Source of the DNA: Octopus bimaculoides
Taxonomy: Eukaryota
DNA: 64,000 nt
Assembly (NCBI RefSeq): GCF_001194135.2
Contig: NC_068991.1
Span: 56,323,086 to 56,387,085 of the forward strand
Direction: 5' to 3'
A program made the position numbers and the translations under genes. Below, one piece after another: positions 54,458 through 64,000 of this stretch (position 1 is its first letter; each line of letters opens with the position of its first letter). The notes under the pieces were generated by a model, which worked only from the letters and a program-made list of their open reading frames with translations, was not told where the DNA came from and did no database searches.

Positions 54458-55098
54458 TGGCGACACTGGCACTCGGGTTGTTCGGGCTTAGCCCGAGTAT
54501 AAATTTAGTGAACGTGTATTTGCAAGCTGATTTAATTTCTGCCAATACTGACTTCACGTATGTAATTGCAGCCATTAACTCGGGCTCCTTTTATTGAGCC
54601 TGGTCGCAGTTCATTTATTTTCGTTCAGCGTCTGGTAGTCGTCTTAGAGGTGTCCTATGTCAAAAAATATCGTTCGTAGCAGACGTTCTCTCGACATCGT
54701 TCATACGCGCCTGACTCAGGCTCAGAATTTACAGCCCGAGTTGTTATCTATAATCGTAAAAATCAAAAGTAATTCAAATTCAATGTTTTCTTGAAACAAT
54801 AACAATCTATAGAGATTAGGATTGAAATTCCAATCTATGAAAAGTTTCATATATTCATAAGAATATTCAAAATATTCTTAAAGGAACGAAAAATTATCCA
54901 GCAACTCGGGCTAATGCGAACGAGTGTGGTAGGTGTAAAAGACTAAGTGGTATCTATTATCAAGAGAACAGGCGACTGTGAGATCGCTGATGTTTGTTGT
55001 GCACTCCGCTGTCGTTATTTGATTGCTGTTATTCTGTGCGTCTGTGTGTAAAGATCAGTTGTATTTTGCAGGATTGCTTTATTTTTACTCGGAGAAAG

Positions 55099-55102
<4 letters not shown>
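54455..55102 (+). mobile_element. second copy of the CAGTGGCG element, flanked by (TA)n on both sides
   Basis: Colinear with 21954-22600 and truncated at ggagaaagac. Confidence 0.8.
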
Positions 55103-55140
<38 letters not shown>

Positions 55141-55443
55141 TCAGTTTCTGGTACGTATAGAAAGTAAGAAGAAAGAGTGAGAATGAGAAGTACCTGATAA
55201 CAATATTAAAGAAACATGAGGTATGAATATGTAATAGTGAAGAAGCATGAGATAACGGCGGACACGTAAGTAAAGCAGTAAGTAAACTATATTAATATAT
55301 TCGTGTATAAGGCAAACTGGCAGAATCGTGAGTACACCGGGTAAAACGCTTAGCGGCATTTGTACCGGGTTGTACTTACTGAGTTCAAATTTCGCCGAGG
55401 TCGACGTTTCCTTTCATCCTTTCGGGGTCGATAAAATATATAA

Positions 55444-56491
55444 CAGTGGTTCCCTACCGGGGTCTATGTAAGATTTTGTGGATCTTTGGGGTTTGACGGG
55501 CAACATTTGTTTTCTTAACGAAACACTTTCAAACTTGGGACACTGGTAGAATGTGTCATATAAAACAACTTCTTCTCTTAACTTTCGTAACAAAATTTTG
55601 TACATCGCAAGTTATTTCATGTTAAAGTTGTCGTATTTCTGTAATTTCAACCAATCACTGACGTCTATTCAGCTGAATACATTTACTGCTGTTTTCTAAA
55701 CAGTAGCTTTTGACTGGTAAGGAAAATGTTATTCCCCTGACATATTTCATCCGGTTTAATCGTAATTTATACGCATATATTGTTTATATAATAAATTACG
55801 CTGTGCGTATCTGTGTGTGTATATTTTTCTCATAACCTCACTCATAACCCTAACCCTAANNNNNNNNNNNNNNNNNNNNNNNNNNNNNNNNNNNNNNNNN
55901 NNNNNNNNNNNNNNNNNNNNNNNNNNNNNNNNNNNNNNNNNNNNNNNNNNNNNNNNNNNNNNNNNNNNNNNNNNNNNNNNNNNNNNNAGTGCAGGCAATA
56001 TTCAAGTATTTTGATGGCTTTTCCCCTTTGTTTACGAACAGTCTAGTTAATCGGAAATGTCAGAACTAACGGGGATTAATACCATATACACCGTTACAGC
56101 ACTTACTGTTTTCAACTGAATAGACGTCAGTGATTAGTTGAAATTATCGAAATAAGACAATTTTTAACGTGAAATAACTTCGAATACAAAATTTATTATC
56201 TGTTCTATACCACAAAATATACAAGTATACGAAGTTTGAAAGTGTTTCGGTACCAAAACACTACATAAAAAAATGTTGCCCGTCAAATCACAAAGGTCCG
56301 ATTTTGTTGCTAAAATTTACATGCAATAAATTGGTTATACTTCTACAGTATACAAATATTTTGATACAATTTCTTATGTTTAATTATACAAATATAATAG
56401 AATTTTTTAAAATAACGAATGGGTATGAGGGCTTACCCAACTAAATTGGAATCATATGAGTCCATAAGCCAAAAGTGGTTGGGAACCACTG
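55444..56491. mobile_element. hAT MITE containing a foldback element
   Basis: TIRs CAGTGGTTCCCTACC / GGTTGGGAACCACTG. The flanks atatataa / atttatat match at 6 of 8 positions (possible decayed TSD). Confidence 0.75.
55480..56299. mobile_element. foldback element with long imperfect inverted arms and central telomere-like repeats
   Basis: Perfect 17-bp inverted repeat TTTGACGGGCAACATTT / AAATGTTGCCCGTCAAA. The arms also share gaaacactttcaaactt and aatcactgacgtctattcag in inverted orientation. taaccctaaccctaa precedes the central gap. Confidence 0.75.
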
Positions 56492-56759
56492 ATTTATATC
56501 ATCATATATAATATATAATGCTGTAGGTTAATTTGGCGAAGAAGGATTTCACTTAACTGACTCGTTGGAGAAACATGAAGATCTCAAGTTGTCAAGAGGT
56601 CACCTTACAAGCGTGGTGATTTATGGGACTCGCTCTGTAGAGAAGTAAACGACTGGAATGGGAGTACAAGATTTATAACTAGTTGGTTCTCCGTTTTGTG
56701 TTTTCACAAACCAACGACCTACATTGATGAGGGATTATCCATCGGATTTGAATTTCACT

Positions 56760-56991
56760 GTAAACAACGTGAACACCTGTTGTGATTAACTTTCACCTGA
56801 TTTTTCTATCCACCAAGGAAGACACCTGTGACAAAATTTGGTCTCCTTTGATGATATTTTCGTTGCTTCAACGTGTTGTTCGTTAAGTGGACGGACGCAC
56901 CTGAGTAATTCCGTTAGAGAGGAGACTACCGCAAAAGCAGTAAAACGTGGGAGTTCTTGACGAGTGTTAAACACTAGAGTTTATGACGTCA
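56760..56991. promoter_or_regulatory. candidate enhancer: four CACCTG E-boxes plus Forkhead-like and CRE motifs
   Basis: CACCTG at 56774, 56794, 56823 and 56898, GTAAACA at 56760, and TGACGTCA at 56984, all in sequence with no repeat I recognise. Function is inferred only. Confidence 0.35.
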
Positions 56992-57084
56992 CTTTGTCAT
57001 CACTACCCGTATGTTCCTTTTGCATGTTTTGTTGTATCTCGGGAGGGCCATTAGGCCAACATACGCACTGGCCCAGTTTTACTG

Positions 57085-57500
57085 CTTTTAAACTTGTTAG
57101 CACGTTGGAGAAAATGCCTAGTGATATTTCCTCTGGCTCTTTACGTTCTGAGTTCAAATTCCGCCGAGGTCGATTTTGCTTCTCATCCTTGTGGGGTAAA
57201 CATAATCAGTAGTCTAGCACTGGGGTTGAGGGAATCAGTTATCCCCCGCCCCGCCGCCAAATTTCAGGCCTTGTTTCTATAGTAGAAAAGATTTGAGCGG
57301 CAAGCTGGCGGAATCGTTAGCACACCAGTTAAAATGCCTTAGCTGCATTTCGTTCGTCTCAGTATTGGGTTCAAATGCAGCTGACGTCGACTTTGCTTTA
57401 TATTCTTTCGGAGTCGATGAAATAAGTACCAGTTGAGCACTAGGGTCGATGCTGTTGTATAGCACTGCCCACCAAAGTTTCAGACCTCATGCCTATAGTA
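57085..57500 (+). mobile_element. two tandem copies of SINE family B
   Basis: gagttcaaattccgccgaggtcga..ttcatcc..agcactggggt..aaatttcaggccttg present twice. Confidence 0.8.
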
Positions 57501-57515
57501 AAAATAATAATTATT

Positions 57516-57732
57516 TACTCTTACTCTTTTATTTGTTTCAGTCATTTGACTGCGGCCATGCTGGAGCACCGTCTTTAGTCGAGCAAATCGACCCCGGGAC
57601 TTATTCTTTGGATGCCTAGTACTTACTCTATCTTTTGCCGAACCGCTAAGTTACGGGGACATAAACACACCAGCATCGGTTGTCAAGCGATGTTGGGGGA
57701 ACAAACACAGACACACAAACATATACACACAC

Positions 57733-57775
<43 letters not shown>

Positions 57776-58028
57776 NNNNNNNNNNNNNNNNNNNNNNNNN
57801 NNNNNNNNNNNNNNNNNNNNNNNNNNNNNNNNNNNNNNNNNNNNNNNNNNNNNNNNNTATATACATATATACGACGGGCTTCTTTCAGTTTCCGTCTACC
57901 AAATCCACTCACAAGGCTTTGGTCGACCCGAGTAGAAGACACTTGCCCAAGGTGCCACGCAGTGGGAATGAACCCGGAACCATGTGGTTCGTAAGCAAAC
58001 TACTTACCACACAGCCACTCCTGCGCCT
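57516..58028 (-). mobile_element. young full-length SINE family A (gap in its internal microsatellite)
   Basis: Near-consensus tail, internal (CA)/(TA) tract with an N gap, and complete head ending cacagccactcctgcgcct. Confidence 0.9.
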
Positions 58029-58439
58029 ATTTGTAATTTTTTAATTATTTAAACATTTAGCTAATCGATTGTTTAAAACATTCGGTCAATCAATTAGTCG
58101 GTTAAATTTGTTAGTCATTCGTGACCTCATCAATGATATGACGTCTCTATTCCAGGTTTTTCGTGGTTTACAACCAGTAAATCGCGAAAGTTGAGGAAAC
58201 AAGGTGAAGAAACAGTACTCCATCTCTTGCCATCATTGAATCAATTTATAGTTTTTGTTGATGTTACTGTTGATCTCTTATCTCCACGACTAGTTTTGAT
58301 CAAACAAACCTATGATTAACGCGTCCCATTCATGACCAATATGTCCACGGTTATATTATCCCACCAACGTATACTTCGGTTTTGTAGATTGTAATGGGTG
58401 GTTTGAGGAGAATTTGGTTGCTATTTTAAGCAAGTATAA

Positions 58440-58900
58440 GTACGGGTATGGGTGTGGAGTTAACAAGCTCGCTTTGTAAGCACGTGGTTTCAAGTTCAGT
58501 CTCACTACACGACAGCTTGAGTAAATGTCTTCTACTACATCACTGGCCCGACCGACGCCTTGTAAAGAAGTTTGGTAGACGGAAACTGTGTGGAAGCCTG
58601 TTGTATACATACATATACATACACACACATATATATCTGTATGTGTATGCGCGTGCGCGTATGTGTGTGCCTTTGTGTGTAACACATCCACACACAAAAC
58701 ATTCGGTCAATCAATCAGTCAGTTTAAAAAATGGTGTTGGTTTGTTTACGTCCTCGTAACCTAGCATTCGGTAAAAGAGGCGATAGAATAAGTATCAGGC
58801 CATAAAAAAAGTACCTGGATACGATTTATTCGACTAAAACCTTTCGAGACGACCTCCTGCATGGTCTCAGTCTATTGACTGAAACAAGTTAAAGATAAAA
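58440..58900 (+). mobile_element. SINE family A (diverged)
   Basis: Head remnant, tttggtagacggaaactg, microsatellite, and gactgaaacaagttaaag tail. Confidence 0.7.
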
Positions 58901-59409
58901 AAAATCTATTGGATTGGTCGAATCGTTAGAGCGTCGAACAAAATGTTTTGCGCTATTTGTTCCAGCTTTTTACGTTCTACATTCAAATTCTATGATCATT
59001 ATTTATGGCATGTCATTGATGAGGTCGCTAATAGCGAGAAAGGACTTTGACAGACAAACAACCAATTAGTTGATTAACCAAAACATTAAACGAACGATCA
59101 ATTAGTTATTTGGTTAAATATTTTACCGAACGACTAACAATAAAGAAGTGATGTTCAACCAAGGTGTGTCTTAATATTGGCGTAATGACCGTCCCAAGAC
59201 AACAATATTTTTTATGGTGTTATAAATAAATCAAATATTTTCTCCTGTGAACCTCTAACCCCGTCACTTTATTAAATCAAGCAACCGGCTCGGTTTAATC
59301 TATTGCTACTCTCTTTAAAATTTATGGACGTTGTAAACCCTGTCATAAAAATATTTTACAAATAATTTATATACAAATGGGTTTTTTATGTACTTTTTAT
59401 ACCTTCTGT

Positions 59410-59700
59410 CTTTTTATCTTTTACATGTCTCAGGCTTCAGTCATTCAACTTCGGCCATGCTGGGGCATTGCCTTGAAGGGTTTAGTCAAACAAATCGACC
59501 GCAGTATTAATGATTTAAAAAAAAAATCTGGTACTTATTCTATCAGTTTTCTTTCGCCGAACAGCTACGTTACGGGTTGTAAACAAACCAACATCGATTG
59601 TCAAGCGGTAGTGGTGGGGAACAAACCCAAACATAAATACAAAGATGCAGATACGCGCACACACATATACTCATTCACACTCATATACATACACACGTAG

Positions 59701-59746
<46 letters not shown>

Positions 59747-59756
59747 NNNNNNNNNN

Positions 59757-59795
<39 letters not shown>

Positions 59796-60035
59796 ATACA
59801 CACTCACACATACTCACTCACACTCACGTACACACGCAGACACACATACACTTATACACACTCACTCGCACACACACACACACACTCACACACACGTATA
59901 CGACGGGCTTCTTTCAGTTTCCGTCAACCAAAATTCACTCACAAGGCATTGGTCGGCGTGGGGGCTTCAGTAGTAGACAATTGCCCAAGGTGCCCTTCAG
60001 GTGGGACTGAACCATAAACCATGCGGTTGCGAAGC
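59410..60035 (-). mobile_element. SINE family A with an expanded (CA)n centre
   Basis: Tail cggccatgctggggcattgcc, about 250 bp of CA-rich centre, and head gtgggactgaacc. Confidence 0.8.
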
Positions 60036-60539
60036 GAATTTCAAAATCAAACTGCTTCTTCTTAATGAAACTCGCTGATATTGTGTGTTTTCTTTTCACA
60101 TTATGTTTTCCAGCTGCTACCCCTCTGGCGAATCCCGACATCCTTATTCTTCCCCTTATTCTTATTTTCATTATAGGTTCCGCTATAGCCGTGTAATTCA
60201 GATAGGGCGAATAATTCCTGCCATTTGACCTGCCTATCAAGTCCTCACTTCAGAGATATGGCTCAATTAACACGGAACGGATCAGTCAAGCGGAACGAAG
60301 TGCGTGTATTCGTATATGCGTGTGTGAAAACCTATTTTTGTGTAAAGCATGTATATAAGCGCGTGTGCGTGTGTATGTTTGCTTGTGCGTATATGGGTCT
60401 GTGAGTGAGCATGTGTTAGTGTGTGTGTGTGTGTGGGGGGGATTGAAACAGAGGCGGGACACGTCCGGCATGGCATACTAGATTCTCAGTCAAGCGAAAC
60501 CTCTCACCTAAACAGACTACCACTCACCTAGTCTCACTA

Positions 60540-60786
60540 CAACGACGACAACCTCAACAATGATACACCCGCCATCACTTTACAACTACCACTATCACAA
60601 TCACGACCACCACTACCACCACCACTACTGCTACTACTACTACTACTACAATGATGACGACGACCGCCACCACCACCACCACCACCACCATCACCTCCAC
60701 GACTACCACAACTACTACCAACATCACCACCACCACCACTACCGCAAACATATCTCCATGTCATACCAATAGTAAAACGAATAATT

Positions 60787-60830
<44 letters not shown>

Positions 60831-60916
60831 GTCACCACTATTGCTGCTGCTGGTGCTACTACTACTACTACTACCACTACCAGTACTACTACTGTTGCTG
60901 CTGCTGCTACTACTAT

Positions 60917-60994
<78 letters not shown>

Positions 60995-61005
60995 TGCTGC
61001 TGCTT
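60540..61005. repeat. compound trinucleotide tract (CAC/CTA/CTG)n
   Basis: Triplet repeats are directly visible. Confidence 0.9.
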
Positions 61006-61158
61006 GGTAAGGCAGTGAGTTAGCAGAAGCGTCAGAGAGCGAATCGCATCCTTCCATTTGTACTCCGAGTCCAACGTGTGTCAAATAGCTTCAGTTTCAG
61101 TTCCACTTTGCAGACACCTCGGAAAAAGTGCCTTCAACTATATATACATATGGTCTCC

Positions 61159-61202
<44 letters not shown>

Positions 61203-61305
61203 ATTTAGGACAATCAGTAAGTTGTCATTATAATACTCGGAGTTTCGAATGTCGGAGCGAAGAGCTACGATATATTCTCGTCGACTTTTTGCTGTCACTT
61301 TTTAC

Positions 61306-61369
<64 letters not shown>

Positions 61370-62204
61370 TATAAATATATATATATATNNNNNNNNNNNN
61401 NNNNNNNNNNNNNNNNNNNNNNNNNNNNNNNNNNNNNNNNNNNNNNNNNNNNNNNNNNNNNNNNNNNNNNNNNNNNNNNNNNNNNNNNNNNNNNNNNNNN
61501 NNNNNNNNNNNNNNNNNNNNNNNNNNNNNNNNNNNNNNNNNNNNNNNNNNNNNNNNNNNNNNNNNNNNNNNNNNNNNNNNNNNNNNNNNNNNNNNNNNNN
61601 NNNNNNNNNNNNNNNNNNNNNNNNNNNNNNNNNNNNNNNNNNNNNNNNNNNNNNNNNNNNNNNNNNNNNNNNNNNNNNATATATATATATATATAAGTTC
61701 AAAAAGAAACACAAAAGACAATAACAAAAAAACAACAAAGTGAGGACGTGATACGGATAGTGTTATTGGACGCTCGGGAAAGGAAAGAGATATGGACTCT
61801 TTCGTCCAGGACAACGTATGAGCGTTCAGCTTTTCCCAAACGACCTGCACATATGATTTGTTTATATGTGTAGTATATTAGCTCCCTCTCTCCATCAAAT
61901 CGACGTAACTTGAACAAATGCCCGGTGTACCATACGCATCAAGTATCGAAGTGATCGCAGAGCAACGTAAGATGAAGTGATTCGGTCAAGAACATAACGC
62001 ATCACCCGTCCTAGGAACTGAAATTACGATCTCGCGATCGTGAATGCAACAACTTAACAACTAGGCCACCATATATATATAGCGATATAAACACGAGTGC
62101 ATATATGCACCACAGATCCATGTGAAAAGTTCTCTCGTGGTAAATAACGCAGTATTCCGTACTCTGACACAGTGTCCACTTTTAAGCGATGATAAATGTA
62201 ATCA

Positions 62205-62388
62205 GCAATTGCAGCGTGGAAAGTGTTTATAAGCCATTTAAAAATACAAAAACCGTTAGATTTACTTCAACATTTAAATTTAATTTGTGTCAAAATATTT
62301 TTGTCGCTTTGAAACCGTGATCTGCTCACTGACAAAATTTCGTGCAGCACGAAATTTTGTCAGTGAACGCCTTCCACACTGCAATTGC
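62205..62388. mobile_element. foldback MITE with most of its right arm deleted
   Basis: Outer inverted repeat GCAATTGCAGCGTGGAA / TTCCACACTGCAATTGC and an inner perfect 20-bp palindrome at 62326-62366. Confidence 0.65.
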
Positions 62389-62444
62389 TTTTGTTTCAGC
62401 ACACGATCTCACATCAAGTCACTTGCGGATCTTTTTTAAAACGG

Positions 62445-63242
62445 GGGCCACAGTATTTTCTTAACGAAACACTTTGAAACTTGGAACACTGGTAGAATGT
62501 GTCATATAAAACATCTTTTTCTCTTAGTCTTCTTAAAATAAAAGAAATCCCTAAGTTATTCCATGTTAAAGTTGTCGTATTTCTGTAATTTCAACCAATC
62601 ACTGACGTCCATTCAGCCGATATACATTAAGTGCCGACTACATAAACAAACGATTCTGAAACAATTCTATCGGTGATAAAATTATTATTTCCTTGTCAAA
62701 AAATGGCTGAAGCATATTGGCAGTAGCTAATAAACCTTTCTATTATAGGCTAACCCTAACCCTACGGTTAGGGTTAGGGTTAAGGTTAGGGTAAAACAGC
62801 AAATTTAAAAAGAAAAAAGCAAATAAAACGAAGAAAAANNNNNNNNNNGGGCCACAGTATTTTCTTAACGAAACACTTTGAAACTTGGAACACTGGTAGA
62901 ATGTGTCATATAAAACATCTTTTTCTCTTAGTCTTCTTAAAATAAAAGAAATCCCTAAGTTATTCCATGTTAAAGTTGTCGTATTTCTGTAATTTCAACC
63001 AATCACTGACGTCCATTCAGCCGATATACATTAAGTGCCGACTACATAAACAAACGATTCTGAAACAATTCTATCGGTGATAAAATTATTATTTCCTTGT
63101 CAAAAAATGGCTGAAGCATATTGGCAGTAGCTAATAAACCTTTCTATTATAGGCTAACCCTAACCCTACGGTTAGGGTTAGGGTTAAGGTTAGGGTAAAA
63201 CAGCAAATTTAAAAAGAAAAAAGCAAATAAAACGAAGAAAAA
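62445..63242. repeat. identical 394-bp duplication across a 10-N gap (arm of the 55.5-kb foldback family)
   Basis: 62445-62838 and 62849-63242 read identically. Both contain ttcttaacgaaacacttt.aaactt and inverted telomere-like repeats. Confidence 0.85.
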
Positions 63243-63260
63243 AAAAAGAAAATGAAAAAA

Positions 63261-63655
63261 GCTTCCCAAGCACATGGTTCCGGGTTCAGACCCACTGCGT
63301 GGCACCTTGGGCAAACGTCTTCTACTATAGCCTCGGGCCGACCAAAGTCTTGTGAGTGGATTTGGTAGACGGAAACTGAAAGAAGTTCGTCGTATACATA
63401 CATACACCCCCACATATATGTGTGAGTATGTGTGTATGTGTGTGTGCGAGTGTCTTTGTGTCTGCTTGTCTCCTACTATCGCTTGACAACCGGTGTTGGT
63501 GTGTTTACGTCCCCTGTAATATAGTGGTTCGGCAAAGGTGTCCGATAAAAACAAAAGTTCTGGGATTGATTTGTTCGACCACAAATTCTTCAAGGCGGTG
63601 CCCCAGCGTGACCGCAGTCTTATGACTGAAACTAGCAAGAGATAAACGATAAAAG
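63261..63655 (+). mobile_element. SINE family A
   Basis: cacatggttccgggttcagacccactgcgtggcacc head and gaccgcagtcttatgactgaaac tail. Another copy begins near 63830. Confidence 0.85.
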
Positions 63656-64000
63656 CTCTATTGGCTCAGGGTCGCCCACTGTAGCATAGTGCTGGGATGG
63701 TTGTGGTTTGAGTCACTGTCTTCAATTTTCTTCCAATTGTTTTCAAATTTGGTATATGAATTAAGTTTTGTATACTAATTATGAAAATGAAAATCATTTT
63801 CCCTATAAATTTATAATTAAAAAGTTGGTGTGACTGTGTAGTAAGAAGTTTGCTTCCCAACTACATGATTCCGGGTTCAGTCCCTCTGCGTGGCACCTAG
63901 GACAAGCGTCTTCTACTATAGCCTATAGCCTCNNNNNNNNNNTATATTTGTGTGTGTGTCTGTGTTTGTCCCCCCACCATCGCTTGACAACCGACGTTGG

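Noticed and set aside
59012-59045. TTGATGAGG-TCGCT/AGCGA-GAAA hammerhead look-alike
   Set aside because: C3 is missing, helix II is offset, and there is no helix III or NUH triplet.
60651-61010. Poly-Thr mucin-like ORF with a GTAAGG donor, and the overlapping His/Tyr-rich ORF
   Set aside because: They are explained by triplet microsatellites, and the donor overlaps a SINE-like head (aaggcagtgagttagcagaa).

Overview
AT-rich eukaryotic DNA full of microsatellites and gaps. The SINE families suggest a coleoid cephalopod, most likely an Octopus draft assembly (inference). Only one host coding exon is recognisable: coding exon 1 of an LRIG/lambik-like gene on the minus strand (16885-17183; signal peptide plus LRR N-cap, phase-2 GTAAGT donor). 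Bases 1-16884 are therefore probably its first intron and 17.2-64 kb its upstream region. The rest is tRNA-derived SINEs, hAT MITEs, foldback elements, decayed transposon coding fragments (Chapaev-like, Tigger-like, R4-like endonuclease), microsatellites and N gaps. Nearly all ORF-track entries are microsatellite or gap artefacts. The most notable signal is a set of unrelated minimal type-I hammerhead ribozyme motifs with short, mostly palindromic helix III (best at 31897-31966 and 43585-43620, minus strand), the architecture described for Penelope-like element termini. There is also a cluster of four CACCTG E-boxes at 56.8 kb and a strong-Kozak upstream ORF in front of the LRIG-like exon. I found no CRISPR array, rRNA or intact tRNA gene, and I cannot claim a new system; the hammerhead set is the best lead.
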